From NCBI GenBank assembly GCA_043819385.1, contig JBDREW010000024.1, positions 1 to 36,650 on the forward strand: a stretch of DNA of 36,650 nucleotides, read 5' to 3'. A program made the position numbers and the translations under genes. Positions 1-9,033 of the stretch are shown piece after piece. Under the pieces are notes generated by a model that was not told the origin of the DNA, ran no database searches, and saw only the letters and a list, made by a program, of their open reading frames with translations. Source of the stretch: Candidatus Nealsonbacteria bacterium (GTDB lineage: Bacteria; Patescibacteriota; Minisyncoccia; Minisyncoccales; GWA2-38-27). Numbering within the stretch: the stretch's first letter is position 1; each line of letters opens with the position of its first letter.

Positions 1-2
1 AT

Positions 3-2549
3 CAATTTAAGAGTCCTTTGATTTATATTTTAGTAATTGCAGGGATTATGGTTTTGATTTTTAAAGAATATACAGACGCCATTGTTATTTTTGGCGCTGT
101 TTTTATAAATACAATTGTTGGATATATCCAAGAAAATAAAGCATCTAATTCTCTTAATGAACTTAAAAAAGTATTTAAAATTAAAGTCAAAACATTGCGA
201 GATGGAAATGTTAAATTAATTGATTCTTCAGAATTAGTTCCTGGTGATATTATTTTTTTAAGCCCTGGAGATAAAGTGTCTGCTGATGGTAGAATTATTG
301 AAAATTATGATTTAAGAAACAATGAAATGAGTTTAACCGGTGAATGGTTAGCAGCTGGAAAAAATATAAAAGTTTTATCTGACAAAACTCCTTTAGCAGA
401 TAGAGATAATATGGTTTATATGGGAACGATTGTAGAATACGGAACAGCAAAAGTAATTGTTACTGCCACAGGCCTTTCAACAGAAATTGGAAAAGTAGCA
501 AAAATGATAAAAGAAACAAAAGAAGAAAAAACACCATTGCAAAAGAAAATAGCTAATTTGTCAAAAATTATTGGATTAGTTATTGTAATAATTTCTATTA
601 TTATTTTTATAGAAGGTATATTAACTGGCCATACATTTTTAGAAATGTTTGTTATGGTTGTGGCAGTAGCAATTGCCGCTATTCCAGAAGGGCTTCCAAT
701 AGCGCTCACCGTTATTTTAGCTTTAGGAATGCAAAGGATTTTAAAGAAAAGGGGATTAGTCAGGAAACTTTTAGCTGCTGAAACATTAGGTAGTACGAGT
801 ATAATTTGTACAGACAAAACACGCACATTAACACAAGGAAAAATGATGGTTTCAGATATTTTGACAGAGGGAGAACTTTTAACTTATAAATTTCCTATTT
901 TGAATATAAAGAGTAAGATTCAGAAAATAAATCATTCATTAGCTTTAAAAATTGCTGTTTTGTCTAATGAGGCATTTATTGAAAATCCTGAAGCAGTAAT
1001 GAGTAAATGGATTGTAAGAGGACGGCCTACTGACAAAGCATTACTTTTGGCTGGGATGGAATCAGGTTTTGATAAAAAAGATTTAGAAAAGAAAATAAAT
1101 ATAATAGCTGAATTTCCTTTTGATTCAAAAAGTAAATATTTAGCTAAGGCGTTTTCTTTTAAAAATAAAAAAGAAAAAGTTCTTTATGTTGCAGGTGCTC
1201 CTGAAAAATTATTAGAAATGTCTAAATATTTAAGAATAGGGGATAAAGAAAAAGTTTTAAATTCTAAATTAAAAAGAGAAATAAAAATAAAATTAGAAAG
1301 TTTAGCTAAAAAAGGGCTAAGAGTTGTATCTGTTGGTTATAGAAATATTGATAATTTTTCTAAAAAAGATTTAAAAAATGAAAACTTAGATGGAAAAATT
1401 TCTGAAGAAATAAAACAAGATTTATTCAATAATTTAGTTTTTGTTGGTTTGATTGGCTTAAAAGATCCTATTAGAAAAGAAGTTAAAAAAGCGATAAAAA
1501 TTTGTAGAACAGCTGGAATGACTCCTATTATTGTTACTGGGGATCATAAATTAACTGCTAAAGCTGTGGCGATAGAATTAGGATTTGAAATAAAAGATAA
1601 AAATATTATGGAAGGTGAAGAAATGGATAAAATTTCTGATAAAGAGCTTGGAGATAGAATAAAAGATATTAAAATTTATTCAAGAGTTGAGCCAGGTCAT
1701 AAAATGAGAATTATTAGTGCTTGGCAGGAAAAAGGAGAAGTAGTGGCAATGACTGGGGATGGAATTAATGATGCCCCAGCTATTAAAAAAGCAGATATTG
1801 GAATAGCCCTTGGATCTGGCACAGAGGTTGCCAAAGAAATATCTGATATGATTTTATTATCTGATAATTTTAATGTTATTGTTTTAGCAGTAGAAGAAGG
1901 TAGAGCTATTCTTGATAATATACGAAAAGTAATTGTTTATTTACTTTCTAGTTCTTTTTCGGAAATAATTTTAATTAGTGCCAGTTTACTTTTTGGATTT
2001 CCTTTACCTGTTACAGCTGTCCAGATTTTGTGGGTTAATCTTATGGAGGATGGTTTTCCTGATATTGCTTTAGCTTTTGAGCCTAAAGAAAAAGATTTAA
2101 TGAAGAGAAAACCAGAAAAAAGCAATACTCATCTTTTAAATCCTGAGATGAAAGCAATAATTTTTATTATCGGTATTTTTACTGATCTAATGCTTTTAGG
2201 ATTATTTTTTTGGCTTTGGAATCAAAATCATGATATTATCTATATCAGAACAATAATTTTTGTGGCTTTATCCATTGATTCGCTTTTTTATGTTTTTTCA
2301 TGTAAGAGCTTACGAAAAAATATATGGGAGATAAATATCTTTTCAAATAGATTATTAGTGTTTGCTTGGATTTTTGGAATAATAATGTTGATTGCTTCTG
2401 TTTATTTGCCTATTTTTCAAGCTCTTTTAAAAACTGTTCCTTTAGGTGTTTATGATTGGATAATTATAATGAGTTTAGGGTTGATTGGATTAATTTTAAT
2501 TGAAGTAACTAAATTTATTTATATTAAAAAATCTAAAAAAATAAGTTAG
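3..2549 (+). CDS. Cation-transporting P-type ATPase (P2A/Ca2+-ATPase-like), 5' truncated by the window edge
   Basis: PEGL, DKT(R)TLT phosphorylation loop, TGD, GDGINDAP hinge and C-terminal TM helices. Frame is open from base 3 (QFKSPLIYIL), so the real start lies upstream. Confidence 0.93.
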   Translation, partial: QFKSPLIYILVIAGIMVLIFKEYTDAIVIFGAVFINTIVGYIQENKASNSLNELKKVFKIKVKTLRDGNVKLIDSSELVPGDIIFLSPGDKVSADGRIIENYDLRNNEMSLTGEWLAAGKNIKVLSDKTPLADRDNMVYMGTIVEYGTAKVIVTATGLSTEIGKVAKMIKETKEEKTPLQKKIANLSKIIGLVIVIISIIIFIEGILTGHTFLEMFVMVVAVAIAAIPEGLPIALTVILALGMQRILKKRGLVRKLLAAETLGSTSIICTDKTRTLTQGKMMVSDILTEGELLTYKFPILNIKSKIQKINHSLALKIAVLSNEAFIENPEAVMSKWIVRGRPTDKALLLAGMESGFDKKDLEKKINIIAEFPFDSKSKYLAKAFSFKNKKEKVLYVAGAPEKLLEMSKYLRIGDKEKVLNSKLKREIKIKLESLAKKGLRVVSVGYRNIDNFSKKDLKNENLDGKISEEIKQDLFNNLVFVGLIGLKDPIRKEVKKAIKICRTAGMTPIIVTGDHKLTAKAVAIELGFEIKDKNIMEGEEMDKISDKELGDRIKDIKIYSRVEPGHKMRIISAWQEKGEVVAMTGDGINDAPAIKKADIGIALGSGTEVAKEISDMILLSDNFNVIVLAVEEGRAILDNIRKVIVYLLSSSFSEIILISASLLFGFPLPVTAVQILWVNLMEDGFPDIALAFEPKEKDLMKRKPEKSNTHLLNPEMKAIIFIIGIFTDLMLLGLFFWLWNQNHDIIYIRTIIFVALSIDSLFYVFSCKSLRKNIWEINIFSNRLLVFAWIFGIIMLIASVYLPIFQALLKTVPLGVYDWIIIMSLGLIGLILIEVTKFIYIKKSKKIS

Positions 2550-2567
2550 TCTTTATTCATAAATTTT

Positions 2568-3545
2568 ATGATTAGTTATTATATTCCAATTTTTATTATT
2601 TCTTGTTTAATTTTGTTTTGGTCTGGCTCAAGATTAGTGAAATCATTAATGAAAATAGCTAAGTTTTTAGGGTGGAAGAAATTTGTAGTAGCGTTTTTTG
2701 TGATGGCAATTGCTGGTTCTTTGCCAAATCTTTTTGTCGGTATCAATGCTGCTTTGCGTGGGATTCCTGAACTTGCTTTTGGAGAAATAGTTGGTGGAAA
2801 TATAATTGATTTAACATTAGCGATTGCTTTAGTAATTTTAATAGGAGGAGTAAATCTACCAGCTAGAACCAAGATTGTTCAAACAAGCGTTATTTTTACA
2901 GTTTTAATTGCTATTTTGCCATTAGTTTTAATATTTGATGGTCTTTTATCAAGAGGAGATGGATTTATTTTATTTTTTACTTTTTTAGTTTATGTTTATT
3001 GGCTTTTCTCTAGAGAGGAAAGATTTAAGAAAATATATAATAACAAAAAAGGAAATGGAGAAAAAAGTATAAATATCAAAGATTTTTTTAAAGATTTTTT
3101 TCAAATAATATTTTTTTTAGGTCTTCTTTTACTTGCTTCAGATGGGATAGTTAGAAGTGCTGGTGTCTTTGCTGAATCATTTAATCTTACTATTCCTATG
3201 GTTGGAATTTTAATTATTGGAATAGGAAATGCGCTTCCAGAAATGTATTTTGCTATTATTTCAGCAAAGAGAAAACAAACTGAAATGATTTTAGGAGATT
3301 TAATGGGATCAGTTATTGTCTGCGCTACTCTTGTTTTGGGAATTGTTGCCTTAATTTCTCCAATTAGAATAATTGATTTTTCTCCTTTTGTTATTGGGCG
3401 ATTTTTCTTAATATTTTCAGCTTTGTTTTTCTTTATTTTTGTTAAGACAGATAGAAAAATCACTAAAAAAGAGGGATTATTTTTATTTATAATTTATGTT
3501 ACTTTTCTTTTCTCTGAAATATATTTAAAAGATATGTTGTTTTAA
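2568..3545 (+). CDS. Sodium:calcium antiporter (CaCA/YrbG family)
   Basis: Two hydrophobic halves with alpha-repeat motifs GSLPN..G.IVGGN and GNALPE..GDLMGS. Confidence 0.88.
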   Translation: MISYYIPIFIISCLILFWSGSRLVKSLMKIAKFLGWKKFVVAFFVMAIAGSLPNLFVGINAALRGIPELAFGEIVGGNIIDLTLAIALVILIGGVNLPARTKIVQTSVIFTVLIAILPLVLIFDGLLSRGDGFILFFTFLVYVYWLFSREERFKKIYNNKKGNGEKSINIKDFFKDFFQIIFFLGLLLLASDGIVRSAGVFAESFNLTIPMVGILIIGIGNALPEMYFAIISAKRKQTEMILGDLMGSVIVCATLVLGIVALISPIRIIDFSPFVIGRFFLIFSALFFFIFVKTDRKITKKEGLFLFIIYVTFLFSEIYLKDMLF

Positions 3546-3550
3546 ACCAC

Positions 3551-3579
3551 TTGCTTTTTAACAGATATTATTGTAAGAT
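3551..3579 (+). promoter_or_regulatory. sigma70-type promoter of rmuC
   Basis: TTGCTT-17bp-TAAGAT, 14 nt before the ATG. Confidence 0.55.
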
Positions 3580-3593
3580 AATTTGGTAAGATT

Positions 3594-4628
3594 ATGGATA
3601 TATTAATTTTTTTATTAGTTATAGTTATAGTTGTATTAACGGGGTTGAATTTTATTTTGTTAAAGAAAAAACCGGAAAAAAAAGAAGATTCAGAATCTAT
3701 GTTAATGCTTCAGCAACAAATAAGCAATATTAGTAAAACATTAGATAATAAGTTGTCTGAATCAAGTAAAGCAATGCAAGTTCAGTTTGGACAGAGTACT
3801 AAAATTGTTAGAGATGTTACAGAAAAATTGACAAAGTTAGATGAGACCAATAAACAGGTTGTTGGTTTTGCTGATCAGCTTAAAAATCTTCAAGATATTT
3901 TAAAAAATCCAAAACAAAGAGGAGTTTTAGGAGAATATTATTTAGAAACAGTTTTAAAGAATGTATTGCCACCTGATTCTTATCAGATGCAATATTCATT
4001 TAAGGACGGAACAATAGTTGATGCAGTAGTTTTTGTTGATAAACAAATTATTCCAGTTGATTCAAAATTTAGTTTAGAAAATTATAACCGTATTTTAGAA
4101 GCACAGAATGATGAGGAAAAGAAAAGATATGAAATGGCTTTTAAAAATGATCTTAAACTTAGAATTGACGAAACAGCAAAATATGTAAAGCCAGAAGAAA
4201 AAACAATGGATTTTGCCTTTATGTTTATTCCTTCTGAGGCAGTGTATTATGACTTGCTTATAAACCCAGTAGGAGCGGTTACAACGGATACTAATAGCTT
4301 AATTACTTATGCTTTCAAAAAGAGAGTTATGGTAGTATCTCCAACATCTTTTCTTGCTTATTTACAAACAGTATTGCAAGGATTAAAAAATCAAAAAATT
4401 TCTGAACAAGCACAGGAGATTGTAAAACAAGTAGAAAAACTTCATAGACATTTAGATATATATAGTGAGTATCATAAAAAAGTTGGTAGTCATCTTTCAA
4501 CAACTGTGAGTGTTTATAACAAAGCAGGAAAAGAATTTGCTAAAATAGATAAAGATGTGGTAAAAATTACAGGTGGAGAATCAGAAATAAATATTGATGA
4601 AGTTGAAAGACCATTATTAGAGGAGTGA
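3594..4628 (+). CDS. rmuC: DNA recombination protein RmuC
   Basis: N-terminal TM helix, coiled coil, KQRGVLGE, VDSKF, DFAFMFIPSE and VSPTS motifs. Confidence 0.95.
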   Translation: MDILIFLLVIVIVVLTGLNFILLKKKPEKKEDSESMLMLQQQISNISKTLDNKLSESSKAMQVQFGQSTKIVRDVTEKLTKLDETNKQVVGFADQLKNLQDILKNPKQRGVLGEYYLETVLKNVLPPDSYQMQYSFKDGTIVDAVVFVDKQIIPVDSKFSLENYNRILEAQNDEEKKRYEMAFKNDLKLRIDETAKYVKPEEKTMDFAFMFIPSEAVYYDLLINPVGAVTTDTNSLITYAFKKRVMVVSPTSFLAYLQTVLQGLKNQKISEQAQEIVKQVEKLHRHLDIYSEYHKKVGSHLSTTVSVYNKAGKEFAKIDKDVVKITGGESEINIDEVERPLLEE

Positions 4629-4690
4629 AATTTTCAATTTACAATTTTCAATAATTTAATTTTCAATTAATTAATAAATAATTAAAAATA

Positions 4691-4760
4691 TAAGAACCTG
4701 TTTCACTTTAGTAAAACAGAACCTTGATTCGTTAAGGTAAAATCATATATTCTTGAATTA
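4691..4760 (+). repeat. ~67 bp structured intergenic repeat, family B, copy upstream of rplU
   Basis: TAAGAACCT...AGAACCTTGATTCG.TAAGGTAAAATCATATATTCTTGAAT, also at 35404, 36515 and 36582. Confidence 0.85.
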
Positions 4761-4765
4761 AAAAT

Positions 4766-5074
4766 ATGTTAGCAATAATAAAAACAGGAGGAAAACAATA
4801 TCTTGTTAAACCAAAAGATAAAATTAAAATAGAAAAAATTGAAGGTAAAGAAGGTAAAGAAATAACCTTTAAAGAGGTTTTGTTAGTGGAGAAAAATAAA
4901 AAATTAGAAATAGGAACTCCATTTGTAAAAGAAGCAAAAGTTGTTGGTAAGATTTTAGTACAAGGGAAGAATGATAAAGTTATTATTTTGAAATATAAGC
5001 CAAAAACAAGATATAAAAAGAAAACTGGGCATAGACAATTTTTTACAGAAGTAGAGATTACAGAAATTACTTAA
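4766..5074 (+). CDS. rplU: 50S ribosomal protein L21
   Basis: AIIKTGGKQY start and GHRQ..TEVEI end. Confidence 0.98.
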   Translation: MLAIIKTGGKQYLVKPKDKIKIEKIEGKEGKEITFKEVLLVEKNKKLEIGTPFVKEAKVVGKILVQGKNDKVIILKYKPKTRYKKKTGHRQFFTEVEITEIT

Positions 5075-5100
5075 AAATTTAGTAGTAAATATCAAGTATA

Positions 5101-5127
5101 AAAAAATCCGCTACTGCGGATTTTTTG
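5101..5127. terminator. Bidirectional intrinsic terminator between rplU and recR
   Basis: AAAAAATCCGC-TACT-GCGGATTTTTT between convergent genes. Confidence 0.85.
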
Positions 5128-5141
5128 TTTATTTTGATTTT

Positions 5142-5753
5142 TTATTTTCTTCCACTAAAAGCGTTTTCTAATGTTTCTTCATCAGCATATTCTAATTCTC
5201 CGCCTATTGGTAATCCTTTTGCTAATTGAGTTATTTTAATTTCTGGAGATAAAATATTTTTTAATTTTCTTATTAGATATAAGGCAGTTGCTTCGCCATC
5301 TATTGTTGGATTAGTAGCAATTATAATTTCTTGAAAATTAGAATTTTTTAATCTTTGTTCTAATTCATTAATTCTTAATTTTTTGATATCTTCTTCTTTG
5401 AAAGAAGATATAGTTCCTCCTAATATAAAATAAAATCCTTTGTATTTATTTGTTTTTTCAATTGAAATTAAATCTTGTTCTTTTTCAATAACACAAAGTA
5501 AATTTTTATCTCGTGAACCATTTTGGCATATTGGGCAAAATCTTTCTTGTTCGTTTGTTGTTTCAAAATGATTAAAACAAAAAGAGCATATTTTTATTGA
5601 TTGTTTTAATTGTTTTAATGTTTCTATAAATTCATTAAATTCATTTTGAGGTAATCTAATTAAATAAAAAACAAAACGGTTTGCTGTTCGCGAACCAATA
5701 GTGGGAAATTTTGAAAATAAATTTGTTAGTTTTTGAATTATTGGTGAGGACAT
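5142..5753 (-). CDS. recR: Recombination mediator RecR
   Basis: HhH (PTIGSRTANR), C4 Zn finger (CSFC..CPIC), Toprim (ATNPTIDGEATA) and GGELEYAD. Confidence 0.97.
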   Translation of the reverse strand: MSSPIIQKLTNLFSKFPTIGSRTANRFVFYLIRLPQNEFNEFIETLKQLKQSIKICSFCFNHFETTNEQERFCPICQNGSRDKNLLCVIEKEQDLISIEKTNKYKGFYFILGGTISSFKEEDIKKLRINELEQRLKNSNFQEIIIATNPTIDGEATALYLIRKLKNILSPEIKITQLAKGLPIGGELEYADEETLENAFSGRK

Positions 5754-5963
5754 AAAAAAATTTGAAAAAATGAATATATTGAACTTTTGGATGGGCTATC
5801 ATGCCCCACCCAAAAGACTTATATTTATCCCACCCCAAGGGGTGGAGGTATTAAAAAATGTATTTAATACATACATTTTCAGCACTCGCTCGGAAATGTG
5901 AAAGCAAGCTTTCACATTTCTCTCGCTCTTTTGAAAATAAATTGGAAGAGGGAAAGTTGAAAA

Positions 5964-6016
5964 GAGGTCGGACCTCTCTTCGAGAGGGAGAAGAGTTTTT
6001 TTAGAGGTCCGACCTC
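5964..6016 (+). repeat. REP-like ~53 bp hairpin, family A
   Basis: Perfect 14 bp arms GAGGTCGGACCTCT / AGAGGTCCGACCTC around a purine-rich loop. Confidence 0.9.
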
Positions 6017-6053
6017 AAAGAGGGGGAATAGAAAATTGTGTCATTAAATTTTT

Positions 6054-7439
6054 TTATTCAGTTGCATATTCTTCAACTCTTTCTTCTTTTTGAAGATTTC
6101 TAAAACTTGCTCTTTGTTCATCAAAGTATAATTCAATTTTTCCTACTGGTCCATTTCTATGTTTAGCAATAATAATATCAGAGATATTTTTTCTTGTGCT
6201 ATCTTCGCGATATCTATCTTCTCGGTAAATAAATAAAACAACATCCGCATCTTGTTCTAAACTTCCAGATTCACGAAGGTCAGATAATCTTGGTATTTGA
6301 GGAACTCGTTGTTCTACTGCTCTTGATAATTGAGATAAAGCAAGAACGGGAATATTAAGTTCTTTTGCTAATAGTTTTAAAGAACGTGATATTTCGCTTA
6401 CTTGTTGAACAGGACTTGCTTTTGCATCTCTTGGCTCCATAAGTTGGATATAATCAATAATAATTAATCCTAATCCCTTATCTGCTTGTAATCTTCTGGC
6501 CATTGCTCTCATTTGAAGAACATTACATGAAGCAGCATCATCAACATAAATAGGAGCTTCTGATAAAATACCCATAGCATTTTGAATTCTTGAAAAATCA
6601 TTATCTTCTCCTTGGCTTGAAAGTTTTCCAGTTCTTAATTTCCAAAGGTCAATATTAGAATATGTTGCAATCAATCTATCTATTAATTGGTCGTTTGACA
6701 TTTCTAAACTAAAAATTCCTACTGGTATTTTTTTGTTACTTGCTATGTTTGCGGCAATATTAAGAGCTAAACTTGTTTTACCTAATGATGGTCTAGCAGC
6801 AAGTAGTATTAAATCAGATTTTTGTAAACCAGCTAATATATTATCTAAATCAACAAATCCAGTTGGAACCCCTCTAAGGTCTCCTTCATGTTTTGAAAGC
6901 TTGTCTAATCGTTCAAATGCTTCTCCTAATGCATGTTTTACAAGTAGAAATTTTTGACTTAAATTTCTTTGAGCAATTTGAAAAATTCTTTGTTCTGCTT
7001 TATCTAAAACAATATCAATATCTTCTTCTTCATCATGACCAAGGGAACTAATATCATGACTTGATTCTATTAGTTCTCTTAATATTCTCTTTTTCTGAAC
7101 AATTTTAGCATAGTTTATAACATTAGCAGCAGTTGGAACTGAATTTACAAGTTCAGTTAGATAACTATTACTTCCGATTTCTTCTAAAATATTTTTTTCT
7201 TTTAATCTTGTAGAAACAGCTAATAAATCTATTGGTTCTTGTTTTTGGAAAAGATCTAAAACTGCTTGATATATTTCTTGATGTATTTTTTTATAAAAAT
7301 CTTTTTTGTTGAGAAAATCAGCTACTTTTGTAATAGCATTTTTATCAAGTATTAAACAACCTAAAACAGATTTTTCTACTTCAATATTTTGAGGAGGAAG
7401 ACTTTCTTTTAGTTGATTTTTTTCAAAATTATTAGCCAT
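6054..7439 (-). CDS. dnaB: Replicative DNA helicase DnaB
   Basis: PPQNIEVE N-terminus, Walker A ARPSLGKT, DYIQL, SDLRESGSLEQDAD and KHRNGP. ATG at 7439 preferred over the upstream ORF start. Confidence 0.98.
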   Translation of the reverse strand: MANNFEKNQLKESLPPQNIEVEKSVLGCLILDKNAITKVADFLNKKDFYKKIHQEIYQAVLDLFQKQEPIDLLAVSTRLKEKNILEEIGSNSYLTELVNSVPTAANVINYAKIVQKKRILRELIESSHDISSLGHDEEEDIDIVLDKAEQRIFQIAQRNLSQKFLLVKHALGEAFERLDKLSKHEGDLRGVPTGFVDLDNILAGLQKSDLILLAARPSLGKTSLALNIAANIASNKKIPVGIFSLEMSNDQLIDRLIATYSNIDLWKLRTGKLSSQGEDNDFSRIQNAMGILSEAPIYVDDAASCNVLQMRAMARRLQADKGLGLIIIDYIQLMEPRDAKASPVQQVSEISRSLKLLAKELNIPVLALSQLSRAVEQRVPQIPRLSDLRESGSLEQDADVVLFIYREDRYREDSTRKNISDIIIAKHRNGPVGKIELYFDEQRASFRNLQKEERVEEYATE

Positions 7440-7535
7440 GTTAATATGTTTATGTATAATTATGTATAGCAAAATCAAAAGGGGATAGCAAGTTAAATTT
7501 TTAATTTTGAATTAAGTTTTTCCTCTCCTTCCCCT

Positions 7536-7588
7536 GAGGCCGGACCTCTAAAAAACTTCCTTTCCCTCTCGAAGAGAGGTCCGGCCTC
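7536..7588 (-). repeat. REP-like hairpin, family A, inverted orientation
   Basis: Arms GAGGCCGGACCTCT / AGAGGTCCGGCCTC, with a compensatory change relative to the 5964 copy. Confidence 0.9.
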
Positions 7589-7655
7589 TTCCCAGCTTCT
7601 CTCTAATAAAAAATAGAGGATATCCTCTATTTTAATTTTGAATTTTGAATTTTGC

Positions 7656-7727
7656 CAAGCCTGCATTGCTATGCCCGCCAGCATCGCTATGCGAAGCATT
7701 GCGGGCTGGCAAAGCATTGCTGGCGGG
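7656..7727. repeat. 36 bp GC-rich palindromic element nested inside a second copy
   Basis: Inner copy 7674-7709 (CCCGCCAGCATCGCTATGCGAAGCATTGCGGGCTGG) splits an outer copy at 7656-7673 plus 7710-7727. Confidence 0.85.
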
Positions 7728-7802
7728 AATGAATTTTAAATGATTTAATTTAAAATGGGAAAAAGGGAGAGAAATAGATTTTTTTAGTTCGTTGTATATG
7801 GG

Positions 7803-7832
7803 TTGACAAAATAGATGATAGTATGGTATAAT
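7803..7832 (+). promoter_or_regulatory. Consensus sigma70 promoter of the 66 aa ORF
   Basis: TTGACA-18bp-TATAAT with an extended -10 TG. Confidence 0.8.
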
Positions 7833-7883
7833 ATAATTAGTAAAAATCAATTTTAGGTCTTTGTAACAAAAAGGAGTAAGCAA

Positions 7884-8084
7884 ATGACCATTCAGAAAGA
7901 GCGGAGTCCCTTTGTTCCTCTTGTTCATCTTCTCGCTGTTGTGCGAGAGGCGAACGAACGGATAACGCACAGAAGCAATCAGATTTTTCAACTTTCTGTT
8001 TCTGCCAGGCGAGCTGGACAGCATCAGAAAGCTGAACAATTGTTAGGAAGAGCAGAAGAGGTTTCTCAACAGCTTGTTGGTTGA
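7884..8084 (+). CDS. Small helical hypothetical protein (66 aa)
   Basis: Has its own consensus promoter, an AAGGAG Shine-Dalgarno at 7871-7876 and a terminator directly after the stop. Confidence 0.75.
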   Translation: MTIQKERSPFVPLVHLLAVVREANERITHRSNQIFQLSVSARRAGQHQKAEQLLGRAEEVSQQLVG

Positions 8085-8101
8085 AACTATCTCTTTCTAA
8101 C

Positions 8102-8200
8102 AAAAAAGCCCACGAAAATTCGCGGGCTTTTTCAATATTTTTTAATAAATATATTTTTAATTAAAAAAAATACCCGTAAAATTTTACGGGTTTTTATTTT
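8102..8200. terminator. Two back-to-back intrinsic terminators for the convergent genes
   Basis: AAAAAGCCCACG-AAAATT-CGCGGGCTTTTT and ACCCGTAAA-AT-TTTACGGGT with flanking A/T tracts. Confidence 0.8.
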
Positions 8201-8210
8201 TTTGATGAAA

Positions 8211-8795
8211 TTAATAATGCACGAGATCAAGTTCTTTTTTAGTACTTATCAAAGTGCGAACTCGTTCTACTAAAAGAGCTATATCAAATGGCTTTTTAAA
8301 CATTTCATCTATTGATGATCTGTCAAAAGGGGTTGAACTATTATTATTAGGTAATAAAGCAATAATAATTATTTCAGAAAATTCTGTATTTCCGTGAAGA
8401 TTTTGACAAATTTGAAGTGCTTCAAATTTTCCAATTGAAAAATCAATAATAACACAATCTGGATGAAAAGATTTAGCTTGTATTCCAGCGTCAAATCCAT
8501 AAGTAGCTTTGCTTATTTTGAATGAATGTTTTATTGTCATTTCTTTTCTTATATTTTCAATTAAAACATTATCTTGAGAAATAATAAGAATTTTTGCCAT
8601 TGCTTCATCTTCTAAATCTCCTAATGGCATTCCATGTTCTTTGAGAAATTTAATTAAATGTATTCGTGGAATTCTTCTATCAGTGCGCCCAGGAATGCGA
8701 TATCCTTTTAAATATCCACTGTCAAACCATTTTGAAATAGTGCGTGAGCATACTTGGCAGATTTTTGCAGCTTGTCCAGTTGTGAAAACTTTCAT
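8211..8795 (-). CDS. Excisionase/MerR-like HTH fused to a response-regulator receiver domain
   Basis: FTTGQAAKIC..RTISKWFDSG.LKGYRIPG..DRRIP HTH; receiver PDCVIID..KPFD; SD AAAGGAG. Confidence 0.85.
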   Translation of the reverse strand: MKVFTTGQAAKICQVCSRTISKWFDSGYLKGYRIPGRTDRRIPRIHLIKFLKEHGMPLGDLEDEAMAKILIISQDNVLIENIRKEMTIKHSFKISKATYGFDAGIQAKSFHPDCVIIDFSIGKFEALQICQNLHGNTEFSEIIIIALLPNNNSSTPFDRSSIDEMFKKPFDIALLVERVRTLISTKKELDLVHY

Positions 8796-8958
8796 AGTTT
8801 TCTCCTTTGAGACCTTTTTAAAGGTCTTTGTGAAAGTGCTGTCCCTTTTAGAGAAACCATTTCTCTGAACTTATTATATTTTTATCATTTTTTAAGAAAG
8901 GTATCAAGCATTAAATTATCAAGTATTAAAATTTAAAAATGTAGAAAAAAGCTGAAAA

Positions 8959-9008
8959 GAGACCCGACCTCCAAGGAGAGGGAAAAGTTTTAAGGGAGGT
9001 CGGGTCTC
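8959..9008 (+). repeat. REP-like hairpin, family A
   Basis: Perfect 14 bp arms GAGACCCGACCTCC / GGAGGTCGGGTCTC. Confidence 0.9.
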
Positions 9009-9033
9009 GGGAGAGGAAAAGAGAAAATTTTAA

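Noticed and set aside
7493-8103. Minus-strand ORFs 7493-7717, 7632-8039 and 7837-8103
   Set aside because: They are translations of repeat elements or the antisense of the 66 aa gene, which has the promoter, SD and terminator.
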